Positions 1 through 13,100 of a stretch of DNA of 64,000 nucleotides are shown in pieces. The stretch's first letter is position 1, and every line of letters starts with the position of its first letter. The translations under genes were made by a program, and so were the position numbers. The stretch is from Phyllobates terribilis (taxonomy: Eukaryota), in the NCBI RefSeq assembly GCF_046119375.1, contig NW_027362769.1:341186001-341250000 (forward strand), in the 5' to 3' direction. The notes under the pieces were generated by a model. It searched no databases. It was not told the origin of the DNA and was given only the letters and a program-made list of their open reading frames with translations.

Positions 1-485
1 GCAAGAAACTATTTCATGTGACTCAAACCTAATTTCTTAAAGGGATTTTCCAGGGGGATCAGCAAGATGTATTTAAAGGTTGGCTGACACTTTGGGCTCC
101 ATGTTGGTCTCTGCTTATGACAGGAAATGAAACAGACTTGTGCCATCTAACTTCAGAATCAATGCAGCAAATCAGTGACCTTAGTGCTCATGTGCCATCC
201 ACCATTGATTGGCTGCAGTGGTCACATGGGATAGAAGGCACATTACTGTTATACAGAAGTAAACTGAGAAAAACGGGAAGCCATGGCGCTTTTGTTATTT
301 TAGCCATTTACTTCCTATTATTTTTGTCGATCCTGGAAAACCCCTTTAAAACAATATATATCAATTTAAAAAGAAATGCATCATGTTGGAAAAACGTCCC
401 TTAAAATGTATAAGACTTCAGCCGCTTATTTCTCCAGCCTGACAAATGACGACAATACGTAAGATATCGCTCCCCGACTACTGAC

Positions 486-659
486 CTTTTCCAATTTCTC
501 GAAATGTTCTCTCAGGAACTTCATGGGGCGGTCGGGTTTGGCAATACACAGGTTCACGATACATTCCTTCAAGATTTGCTGGATGTTGAATTTTTGCACG
601 TAGATTTCACAGCCTTTTAAACTTTCGTCTTCTATGTTGGATGAAGATGAAGACGCCAT
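486..659 (-). CDS. PRKAR1B: cAMP-dependent protein kinase type I-beta regulatory subunit, first coding exon (dimerisation/docking domain)
   Basis: Translation [58 protein letters not shown] matches the RI-beta N-terminus (EDESLKGCE, [18 protein letters not shown]). Donor AAG|GTCAGT after 486. Acceptor TTTTCTAG|G at 690/689 leaves a 30-nt 5' UTR (660-689). Head-to-head position next to DNAAF5 fits known synteny. Confidence 0.95.
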
Positions 660-892
660 CGTGGATTATTGGAAAGAGCTGCTGCAAACCTAGAAAAGAC
701 GGGAAGATTTGTATCACTCGTTTCCGGTTTTCATCAGCAGTGAGCAAGTGGAAATGAAGCCGAGATAGAATGAAATTCCTTTTATCCAGCATCTGATAAT
801 CCAGGAATGAATGATCTCCATAGTTCCAAAGAAGTGAAAGAAGCAGTAGTCATGTATGCTGTTAGTGGTCCATTCACACAATAGACTTTAGG

Positions 893-1504
893 TGTCACGC
901 AAGGTGAGGGAAGGAACAAGTGTACAACGACAGGAAGAGGGGGAAGGAAGCCCAACAACTAGGGAAAGGGGGAGTGGAGAACCCTAGGCAGATCTAATAT
1001 CACCCTGACTCCCCTATCGTCCCTATACAGGTTCTTCACCTATCGCCGAGCAGGAACCTAATCCCTGAATGTCCCTAGAGCTAGGCCCTAGGTAGGGAGG
1101 GGATGGGGTGAGAACTAGTCAGGCCCCACTGTAACTAAAGACAACAAGGTAAACAAACAAAGGGGATACACTTAGCTTGAGAAGACACCAGAGAGATAAT
1201 GTCAACTGTCCTCCAAGGGAAGTCCAAGAAGATACTAGACAACTACTAGCACTACAGGCATGGACAGAGGAACATAGAACTATCACCGGCGACTCTCTGG
1301 AGACACTGAGAGTTTTTAACTACCAAGCAAGGGTGTGTCAATTAGCAGCAGAAGGTGGAGGTCGCTGCTGGATCCTAAAGGGAGAAGGATATCACTACAC
1401 TACAGAGATGAGAGGATCAAGAAGGCATCTGCAATGCCAAGCTTAGTGACCTTCTACAGCCGGATCCAGAGCAACTGTCTGTCACACTTGATACACCCAT
1501 GACA
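893..1504. mobile_element. Solo LTR (Gypsy- or BEL-type)
   Basis: Termini TGTCA...TGACA, 612 bp, flanked by a perfect 5-bp target-site duplication TTAGG (888-892 and 1505-1509). Confidence 0.8.
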
Positions 1505-1889
1505 TTAGGATCCCATCCTGGGGATCAGTGGGGGTCCCAGAGATCATATAGGGCATTACCGTTAAGATCTCATCGGGTCTGGATAATTGGAATTTTCCCA
1601 AACAGTGTAACCTCTTGTAGAGAAGTGATGACTTCTTTTAATCCACCCTCATATCCAAACTGGGTGGTGGTTCTATCATATATTATGCATAGAGACCATC
1701 TTCTTTGCAATGAACCTCTCCCCCACTCTTAGCAGTTTTGGGTAGTTGTCTAAAAAGTTACTGTTTTTGCTATTAAAGGGTTTGTCCGGTCTAAGAAGCA
1801 AAATCTGCAGTAACTCTATGTGAATGCTGAATCGTGACAGTGTGCAAGGTGCACATGGTATTGCCCGTGAGTGTGCCCTGCCCCTTTAA

Positions 1890-3103
1890 AGGGGTTGTCC
1901 AGTCTAAGATTCAAATTCCGCAGTCACACTATGTAATAATAATAATTTTATTTCTATGGCGCCAACATATTCCGCAGCACTTTGCAATTAAGTGGGATCG
2001 TGTACAGACAATAAAAACATCACAAAGTAACACATAGTTCACCAGATACAGAAGGTAACAAGCTTAAAATCTATAAGGACATAGGGGGGGCACAACAGGT
2101 AGAACGTGCTTGTCATGTACGGTCCAGCCATCATTATAATACATAAGGGATATGATATATTGCTGCATGATCCAGTCATCAGCCAGTGTCTAAGTGCAGT
2201 CACCAAGTGCTATAGGGTGCATGGAGGGTGTAGAGACTGAAAAATATGAGACCAGATTCTGAGGAAAAATTAGGAAGAGGGAACAGGGGAGAGTTATGTT
2301 AGTGAGTTGAGGTGATAGGCCTGTCTAAAGAGATCTGTTTTTAAAGCATGTTTAAAAATGCAGGCGCTCAGTATTAGTCAAATCATTCGGTTTAGTGCAT
2401 TCCAGAACACTGGAGTAGCACGAGAGAAGTCTCGGAGTCAGAGGTGCGAAGTTCAGATTATAGAGGATGTTAGTCTTAGATCAGTTGCAGAATGGAGGGT
2501 ACGGGTAGGGTGGTAGGCAGAGATGAGGGAGGAGATATAGCGTGGTGCAGAACTGTGGAGAGCTTTGTGAGTAAGAGAGGTTTGCTTGTATTCTGTAGTG
2601 AATGGGTAACCAGTGTAATGACTGGCACAAGGTGGAGGCATCAGTGTAGTGGCTGAACAGAAATACAACCCTGGCTGCTGCATTCAGGACGGATTGGAGA
2701 GGAGAAGGTTTGGTGAGAGGGAGACCCATCAGTAGAAAGATGCAGTAGTCCAGACGAGAATGAATAAGAGCAACAGTAAGAGTTTTTGCAGTTTCAAAGC
2801 TGAGAAAACTATGTGACTCTATGTAACTGCAGACTGCTGAAACGTGACGGTGTTGCCCTTGCGTGTAGGTGGTTACGTCCCGACTAGCATTATCTGGTTT
2901 CTCTGGACAGAAGTGAATTAACAGAAGAACAGGAGTCTAGTTGACACCTGATTGCAAGAATGCAAATTGTGGTCACATGACTGACCAGTAGTACGGGAAA
3001 CACAGGGGAATCGTGACAGTGTGCGCATAACACTGTCACGATTCGGCAGTCTGCAGTCACACAGTGTGACTGAAGACTTTGACTCTTAGACTGGACAACC
3101 CCT
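1890..3103. mobile_element. T2/Kolobok-type MITE split by an L2 insertion
   Basis: TTAA on both sides (1886-1889, 3104-3107). TIRs AGGGGTTGTCCAGTCTAAGA and its reverse complement. Halves at 1890-1934 and 2808-3103. Confidence 0.7.
1935..2807 (-). mobile_element. 5'-truncated L2 (CR1-clade) LINE: C-terminal ORF2 remnant plus 3' tail
   Basis: Frameshifted peptides LIHSRLDYC, LQSVLNAAARV, LCQSLHWLP and HKALHSSAPRYIS. 3' end reads GCTGCGGAATATGTTGGCGC followed by (TTA)n at about 1935-1980. ACTATGT is duplicated at 1928-1934 and 2808-2814. Confidence 0.85.
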
Positions 3104-3263
3104 TTAAAGGGGCAGAGCAGGGGCCCCCCACTCGCCTTCCACACCCAGCTGCACCACCAAGGCTTTAGAAGAGTTAGAAAGGGTGAACATATAACCTGCC
3201 ACTCCATTCAAAAACTCTTTCACTGATGAAGGAAATCAAGCACAGCATTTTGGGGTAACCTAA

Positions 3264-3617
3264 AGGGGTTGTACAGCCTTAGGCTATAAGTCTTCAGTTA
3301 CTCTATGTGACTGGAGACTTATGAATCTTCACATTGCGCACACAGCAAGCCGGAGCCGGCGCTGGGGGCAGACATTAATGTGACCGCAAGTATGTGATTT
3401 GCATACTTCTGGCCACATACCAACTAGACGTGTCCGTTCTACCTCAATACACTTGCATTGAGGAGACTGGACATGTCTAGTAGGCACATGACTGCGTTTA
3501 TGAAAATCACATACTTGCTCACCGATGGCACCAGAGAATAAGTGCGATGTGAGGATTTTTAAGTCTGCAGTCACATAGATTTGCTGCAGACTTGTACCCT
3601 AACTTCGGACAACCCCT
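3264..3617. mobile_element. T2/Kolobok-type MITE
   Basis: AGGGGTTGTAC ... GGACAACCCCT termini. TTAA on the right, CTAA on the left. Shares internal TCTGCAGTCAC motifs with the neighbouring MITEs. Confidence 0.6.
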
Positions 3618-5555
3618 TTAAAGGACTAGAGTACATTTATTTCTAAAGTGATTTATGCGTAACTGTTCATGAATTTGAGAGGTGGACTTAGCCTGTCCCA
3701 CCCATTTTACACCCATATTGGCGTAGCTGGTTGGCGTAACTTCCGAGTTGGGCAAAAATATTGTTGTTTTTTTCCTTACCATGGCTGGTCTCCCATCCCT
3801 ACACTTCCCAACTCAAAAGTCAGCTCTAGTTGGGGGTAGAAAAAAAATGTTAAAATTTGGGAAGCAATCTGACCAGCAAACCAAAAAACCAAGGCTCCAG
3901 GACATTGTCAGACAAGCAATGTGTACAGGGATCTATACTCATTCATAGTCTATGGATCCAAACAAAAAGTGCAGTCCCTCCAGACCTTGGGGTCAAAATG
4001 TAGGGGTCACAGAATGCAAGAAGGTTGTGCATTCATATAGATAAGCTATATTTCTATAGATAAGCTGTATTTCTAAATGTCACCCTGGTTGTCTAAAATA
4101 TCAGTTTAGGCCTCATGCATTTTTCCATCATTGCAGGATGCAGCCAGTGATGTTGTCCTTGTTGGGTGCACTTACTTTATCATCGGGTCCACTGCATCCT
4201 GCAGTGCATTAGTATTGTGACCAGGTACGGGTGAGTACCATTGCTTTTTGGATTTTTCTCCTTTTCTTCAGTGAATTATATTTATAGATTAGTTACATAT
4301 TTATAGAATTGTAATCAATGTTTACAAATAATCCCTCATCTTATACTTGTATCCATGAGAGAAATGTGAGCGAGGATCACCCCTACTACATACTGTACAT
4401 TCTCTTCTATGGCAATGCACAGATGATGCAAATTACACACTTTTCTAAGCATTATCGCCCGGATCTTACCATCCCTTTCCCAGGGGAAAATGTAGCTCTA
4501 CAATATTGTACTGCTATATGTCTGTCACCACTACAATGTATGTCACAGTGTACGGGCACAAGATCATTACTATGTTACTGCAATAACCAAAATATCATTA
4601 CTGTGTCACTTCTATATCACTGCTCCGTATATACTCTAGGGCTATATCTGCTCTGTATATACACTAGGGCTATATCTGCTCTGTATATACTCTAGTGCTA
4701 TATCTGCTCTGTATATACACTAGTGCTATATCCGCTCTGTATATACTTTAGGGCAATATCTGCTCTATATATACACTAGTGCTATATCTGCTCTGTATAT
4801 ACACTAGTGCTATATAGGCTCTGTATATACACTAAGGCTATATCTGCTCTGTATATACTCCAGGGCTATATCTGCTCTGTATATGCACTAAGGCTATATC
4901 TGCTCTGTATATGCACTAAGGCTATATCTGCTCTGTATATACTCTAGGGCTATATCTGCTCTGTATATACACTAGGGCTATATCCGCTCTGTATATACAC
5001 TAGGGCTATATCCGCTCTGTATATACACTAGGGCTATATCCGCTCTGTATATACACTAGGGCTATATCCGCTCTGTATATACACTAGGGCTATATCCGCT
5101 CTGTACATACACTAGGGCTATATCCGCTCTGTATATACACTAGGGCTATATCCACTCTGTATATACACTAGGGCTATATCCGCTCTGTATATACACTAGG
5201 GCTATATCCGCTCTGTATATACTCTAGGGCTATATCTGCTCTGTATATACACTAGGGCTATATCTGCTCTGTATATACACCAGGGCTATATCTGCTCTGT
5301 ATATACTCTAGGGCTATATCCGCTCTGTATATACACTAGGGCTATATCTGCTCTGTATATACACCAGGGCTATATCTGCTCTGTATATACTCTAGGGCTA
5401 TATCCGCTCTGTATATACACTAGGGCTATATCCGCTCTGTATATACACTAGGGCTATATCCGCTCTGTATATACACTAGGGCTATATCTGCTCTGTATAT
5501 ACACCAGGGCTATATCTGCTCTGTATATACTCTAGTGCTATATCTGCTCTGGATA

Positions 5556-7180
5556 CAGTACAGACCAAAAGTTTGGACACACCTTCTTATTTAAAGATTT
5601 TTCTGTATTTTCATGACTATGAAAATTGTACATTCACACTGAAGGCATCAAAACTATGAATGAACATATGTGGAATTATATACTTAACAAAAAAGTGTGA
5701 AACAACTGAAAATGTGTCTTATATTCTAGGTTCTTCAAAGTAGCCACTTTTTGCTTTGATGACTGCTTTGCACACTCTTGGCATTCTCTTGATGAGCTTC
5801 AAGAGGTAGTCACCGGAAATGGTTTTCACTTCACAGGTGTGCCCTGTCAGGTTTAATAAGTGGGATTTCTTGCCTTATAAATGGGGTTGGAACCATCAGT
5901 TATGTTGTGCAGAAGTCAGGTGGATACACAGCGGATAGTCCTACTGAATAGACTGTTAGAATTTGTATTATGGCAAGAAAAAAGCAGCTAAGTAAAGAAA
6001 AACGAGTGGCCATCATTACTTTAAGAAATGAAGATCAATCAGTGCGAAAAATTGGGCAAACTTTGAAAGTGTCCCCAAGTGCAGTTGCAAAAACCATCAA
6101 GTGCTACAAAGAAACTAGCTCACATGAGGACCGCCCCAGGAAAGGAAGACCAAGAGTCACCTCTGCTTCTCAGGATAAGTTTATCCGAGTCACCAGCCTC
6201 AGAAATCGCAGGTTAACAGCAGCTCAGATTAGAGACCAGGTCAATGCAACACAGAGTTCTAGCAGCAGACACATCTCTACAACAACTGTTAAGAGGAGAC
6301 TGTGCAGCAGGCCTTCATGGTAAAATAGCTGCTAGGAAACGACTGCTAAGGACAGGCAACAAGCAAAAGAGACTTGTTTGGGCTAAAGAACACAAGGAAT
6401 GGACATTAGACCAGTGTAAATCTGTGCTTTGGTCTGATGAGTCCAAATTTGAGATCTTTGGTTCCAACCACCGTGTCTATGTGCGACGCAGAAAAGGTGA
6501 ACGGATGGACTCTACATGCTTCGTTCCCACCGTGAAGCATGGAGGAGGAGGTGTGATGGTGTGGGGGCGCTTTGCTGGTGACACTGTTGGGGATTTATTC
6601 AAAATTGAAGGCATACTGAACCAGCATGGCTACCACAGCATCTTGCAGCGGCATGCTATTCCATCCGGTTTGCGTTTAGATGGACCATCATTTATTTTTC
6701 AACAGGACAATGACCCCAAACACACCTCCAGGCTGTGTAAGGGCTATTTGACCAAGAAGGAGAGTGATGGGGTGCTACGCCAGATGACCTGGTCTCCACA
6801 GTCACCAGACCTGGACCCAATCGAGATGGTTTGGGGTGAGCTGGACCGCAGAGTGAAGGCAAAAGGGCCAACAAGTGCTAAGCATCTCTGGGAACTCCTT
6901 CAAGATTGTTGGAAGACCATTTCCGGTGACTACTTCTTGAAGCTCATCGAGAGAATGCCAAGAGTGTGCAAAGCAGTCATCAAAGCAAAAGGTGGCTACT
7001 TTGAAGAACCTAGAATATAAGACATATTTTCAGTTGTTTCACACTTTTTTGTTAAGTATATGATTCCACATGTGTTAATTCATAGTTTTGATGCCTTCAG
7101 TGTGAATGTACAATTTTAATAGTCATGAAAATACAGAAAAATCTTTAAATGAGGTGTGTCCAAACTTTTGGTCTGTACTG
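5556..7180 (+). mobile_element. Full-length Tc1-like DNA transposon, DD38E (Intruder-type), transposase frameshifted
   Basis: TA on both sides (5554-5555, 7181-7182). TIRs of about 265 bp starting CAGTACAGACCAAAAGTTTGGACAC. Transposase 5970-7020 is split by a frameshift near 6300. Motifs SDESKFE, QQDNDPKH, SPDLDPIE; 38 residues counted between the second D and E. Confidence 0.95.
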
Positions 7181-10100
7181 TATACACTAGTGCTATATCT
7201 GCTCTGTATATACACTAGGGCTATATCTGCTCTGTATATACACTAGGGCTATATCTACTCTGTATATACACTAGGGCTATATATGCTCTGTATATACTCT
7301 AGGGCTATATCTGGTCTGTATATACACTAATGCTATATCTACTCTGTATATACACTAGGGCTATATCTACTCTGTATATACACCAGGGCTATATCTGCTC
7401 TGTATATACTCTAGGGCTATATCTGCTCTGTATATACACTAGGGCTATATCTGCTCTGTATATACACTAGGGCTATATCTGCTCTATATATACACTAGGG
7501 CTATATCTGCTCTGCATATACACTAGGGCTATATCTGCTCTGTATATACACTAGGGCTATATCTGCTCTGTATATACTCTAGGGCTATATCAGCTCTGCA
7601 TATACTCTAGGGCTATATCTGCTCTGTATATACTCTAGGGCTATATCTGCTCTGTATATACACCAGGGCTATATCTGCTCTGTATATACACCAGGGCTAT
7701 ATCTGCTCTGTATATACACTAGGGCTATATCTGCTCTGTATATACTCTAGGGCTATATCTGCTCTGTATATACACTAGGGCTATATCTGCTCTGTATATA
7801 CTCTAGGGCTATATCTGCTCTGTATATACTCTAGGGCTATATCTGCTCTGTATATACACCAGGGCTATATCTGCTCTGTATATACACTAGGGCTATATCT
7901 GCTCTGTATATACACTAGGGCTATATTTGCTCTCTATATACTCTAGGGCTATATCTGCTCTGTATATACACTAGGGCTATATCCGCTCTGTATATACACT
8001 AGGGCTATATCCGCTCTGTATATACTCTAGGGCTATATCCGCTCTGTATATACTCTAGGGCTATATCCGCTCTGTATATACACTAGGGCTATATCCGCTC
8101 TTTATATACACTAGGGCTATATCCGCTCTGTATATACACTACGGCCATATCCGCTCTGTATATACACTAGGGCTATATCTGCTCTGTATATACACTAGGG
8201 CTATATCTGCTCTGTATATACACTAGTGCTATATCTGCTCTGTATATACACTAGGGCTATATCTGCTCTGTATATACAACAGGGCTATATCTGCTCTGTA
8301 TATACTCTAGCGCTATATCTGCTCTGTATATACACTAGGGCTATATCTGCTCTGTATATACACCAGGGCTATATCTGCTCTGTATTTACACTAGTGCTAT
8401 ATCTGCTCTGTATATACACTAGGGCTATATCTGCTCTGTATATACTCTAGTGCTATATCTGCTCTGTATATACACTAGTGCTATATCTGCTCTGTATATA
8501 CACTAGGGCTATATCTGCTCTGTATATACTCTAGTGCTATATCTGCTCTGTATATACACTAGTGCTATATCTGCTCTGTATATACACCAGGGCTATATCT
8601 GCTCTGTATATACTCTAGGGCTATATCTGCTCTGTATATACTCTAGGGCTATATCTGCTCTGTATATACACTAGGGCTATATCTGCTAAGTATATAATCT
8701 AGGGCTATATCTGCTCTGTATATACACTAGTGCTATATTTGCTCTGTATATACTCTAGGGCTATATCTGCTCTGTACATACACTAGGGCTATATCTGCTC
8801 TGTATATAAACTAGGGCTATATCTGCTCTGTATATAAACTAGGGTTATATCTGCTCGGTATATACACTAGGGCTATATCTGCTCTGTATATACACTAGTG
8901 CTATATCTGCTCTGTATATACACTAGGGCTATATCTGCTCTGTATATACTCTAGGGCTATATCTGAACTGTATATACTCTAGGGCTATATCTGCTCTGTA
9001 TGTACACTAGGGCTATATCTGCTCTGTATATACTCTAGGGCTATATCTGCTCTGTATATACTCTAGGGCTATATCTGCTCTGTATATAGACCAGGGTTAT
9101 ATCTGCTCTGTATATACACTAGGGCTATATCTGCTCTGTATATACACTAAGGCTATATCTGCTCTGTATATACACTAGGGCAATATCTGCTCTGTATATA
9201 CTCTAGGGCTATATCCGTTCTGTATATACTCTAGGGCTATATCCGCTCAATATATACACTAGGGCTATATCTGGTCTGTATATACACTAGAGCTATATCT
9301 ACTCTGTATATACACTAGGGCTATATCTGCTCTGTATATACACTAGGGCTATATCTGCTCTGTATATACTCTAGGGCTATATCTGCTCTGTATATACTCT
9401 AGGGCTAAATCTGCTCTGTATATACACTAGGGCTATATCCGCTCTGTATATACACTAGGGCTATATCCGCTCTGTATATACACTAGAGCTATATCCGCTC
9501 TGTATATACACTAGGGCTATATCTGCTCTGTATATACACTAGGGCTATATCTGCTCTGTATATACACTAGTGCTATATCTGCTCTATATATACACTAGGG
9601 CTATATCTGCTCTGTATATACACTAGTGCTATATCTGCTCTGCATATACACCAGGGCTATATCTGCTCTGTATATACACTAGTGCTATATCTGCTCTGTA
9701 TATACTCCAGGGCTATATCTGCTCTGTATATACTCTAGTGCTATATCTGCTCTGTATATACACTAGTGCTATATCTGCTCTGTATATACACTAGGGCTAT
9801 ATCTGCTCTGTATATACACTAGTGCTATATCTGCTCTGTATATACACTAGGGCTATATCTGCTCTGTATATACAACAGGGCTATAGCTGCTCTGTATATA
9901 CACTAGGGCTATATCTGCTCTGTATATACACTAGGGCTATATCTGCTCTGTATATACACTAGGGCTATATTTGCTCTGTATATACTCTAGGGCTATATCT
10001 GCTCTGCATATACTCAAGGGCTATATCTGCTCTGTATGTACTCTAGGGCTATATCTGCTCTGTATATACTCTAGGGCTATATCTGCTCAGTATATACACC

Positions 10101-13100
10101 AGGGCTATATCTGCTCTGTATTTACACTAGTGCTATATCTGCTCTGTATATACACTAGGGCTATATCTGCTCTGTATATACTCTAGTGCTATATCTGCTC
10201 TGTATATACACTAGTGCTATATCTGCTCTGTATATACACTAGGGCTATATCTGCTCTGTATATACTCTAGTGCTATATCTGCTCTGTATATACACTAGTG
10301 CTATATCTGCTCTGTATATACACCAGGGCTATATCTGCTCTGTATATACTCTAGGGCTATATCTGCTCTGTATATACTCTAGGGCTATATCTGCTCTGTA
10401 TATACACTAGGGCTATATCTGCTAAGTATATAATCTAGGGCTATATCTGCTCTGTATATACACTAGTGCTATATTTGCTCTGTATATACTCTAGGGCTAT
10501 ATCTGCTCTGTACATACACTAGGGCTATATCTGCTCTGTATATAAACTAGGGCTATATCTGCTCTGTATATAAACTAGGGTTATATCTGCTCGGTATATA
10601 CACTAGGGCTATATCTGCTCTGTATATACACTAGTGCTATATCTGCTCTGTATATACACTAGGGCTATATCTGCTCTGTATATACTCTAGGGCTATATCT
10701 GAACTGTATATACTCTAGGGCTATATCTGCTCTGTATATACACTAGGGCTATATCTGCTCTGTATATACTCTAGGGCTATATCTGCTCTGTATATACTCT
10801 AGGGCTATATCTGCTCTGTATATACACCAGGGTTATATCTGCTCTGTATATACACTAGGGCTATATCTGCTCTGTATATACACTAAGGCTATATCTGCTC
10901 TGTATATACACTAGGGCAATATCTGCTCTGTATATACTCTAGGGCTATATCCGCTCTGTATATACTCTAGGGCTATATCCGCTCAATATATACACTAGGG
11001 CTATATCTGGTCTGTATATACACTAGAGCTATATCTACTCTGTATATACACTAGGGCTATATCTGCTCTGTATATACACTAGGGCTATATCTGCTCTGTA
11101 TATACTCTAGGGCTATATCTGCTCTGTATATACTCTAGGGCTAAATCTGCTCTGTATATACACCAGGGCTATATCCGCTCTGTATATACACTAGGGCTAT
11201 ATCCGCTCTGTATATACACTAGAGCTATATCCGCTCTGTATATACACTAGGGCTATATCTGCTCTGTATATACACTAGGGCTATATCTGCTCTGTATATA
11301 CACTAGTGCTATATCTGCTCTATATATACACTAGGGCTATATCTGCTCTGTATATACACTAGTGCTATATCTGCTCTGCATATACACCAGGGCTATATCT
11401 GCTCTGTATATACACTAGTGCTATATCTGCTCTGTATATACTCCAGGGCTATATCTGCTCTGTATATACTCTAGTGCTATATCTGCTCTGTATATACACT
11501 AGTGCTATATCTGCTCTGTATATACACTAGGGCTATATCTGCTCTGTATATACACTAGTGCTATATCTGCTCTGTATATACACTAGGGCTATATCTGCTC
11601 TGTATATACACCAGGGCTATATCTGCTCTGTATATACACTAGGGCTATATCTGCTCTGTATATACACTAGGGCTATATCTGCTCTGTATATACACTAGGG
11701 CTATATTTGCTCTGTATATACTCTAGGGCTATATCTGCTCTGCATATACTCAAGGGCTATATCTGCTCTGTATGTACTCTAGGGCTATATCTGCTCTGTA
11801 CATACTCTAGGGCTATATCTGCTCAGTATATACACCAGGGCTATATCTGCTATGTATATACACTAGGGCTATATCTGCTCTGTATATACACTAGGGCTAT
11901 ATCTGCTCTGTATATACTCTAGGGCTATATCTGCTCTGCATATACTCTAGGGCTAGATCTGTTTTGCATATACACTAGGGCTAGATCTGCTCTGTATATA
12001 CTCCAGGGCTATATCTGCTCTGTATATACACCAGGGCTATATCTGCTCTGTATATACACTAGGGCTATATCTGCTCTGTATATACTCTAGGGCTATATCT
12101 GCTCTGTATATACACCAGGGCTATATCTGCTCTGTATATACACTAGGTTTATATCCGCTCTGTATATACTCTAGGGATATATCCGCTCTGTATATACACT
12201 AGGGCTATATCTGGTCTGTATATACTCTAGGGCTATATCTGCTCTGTATATACTCTAGGTCTACATCTGCTCTGTATATACACCAGGGCTATATCTGCTC
12301 TGTATATACACTAGGGCTATATCTGCTCTGTATATACACTAGGGCTATATCTGCTCTGTATATACACTAGGGCTATAGCTGCACTGTATATACTCTAGGG
12401 CTATATCTGCTCTGTATATACTCTAGGGCTATATCCGCTCTGTATATACACTAGGGCTATATCTGGTCTGTATATACACTAGAGCTATATCTGCTCTGTA
12501 TATACACTAGGGCTATATCTGCTCTGTATATACACTAGGGCTATATCTGCTCTGTATATACTCTAGGGCTATATCTGCTCTGTATATACTCTAGGGCTAA
12601 ATCCGCTCTGTATATACACCAGGGCTATATCCGCTCTGTATATACACTAGGGCTATATCCGCTCTGTATATACACTAGGGCTATATGTGCTCTGTTTATA
12701 CACTAGTGCTATATCTGCTCTGTATATACACTAGGGCTATATCTGCTCTGTATATACACCAGGGTTATATCTGCTCTGTATATACACTAGTGCTATATCT
12801 GCTCTGTATATACACCAGGGCTATATCTGCTCTGTATATACTCTAGTGCTATATCTGCTCTGTATATACACTAGTGCTATATCTGCTCGGTATATACACT
12901 AGGGCTATATCTGGTCTGTATATACACTAGGGCTATATCTGCTCTGTATATACACCAGGGCTATATCTGCTCTGTATATACACCAGGGCTATATCTGCTC
13001 TGTATATACACCAGGGCTATATCTGCTCTGTATATACACCAGGGCTATATCTGCTCTGTATATACACTAGTGCTATATCTGCTCTGTATATACACCAGGG

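Noticed and set aside
486-659. Assignment to PRKAR1A instead of PRKAR1B
   Set aside because: ESLKGCE and [15 protein letters not shown] are RI-beta type, and adjacency to DNAAF5 supports PRKAR1B.
8226-11922. Short ORFs such as MLYLLCIYTRAISALYI
   Set aside because: They are translations of the 28-bp satellite.
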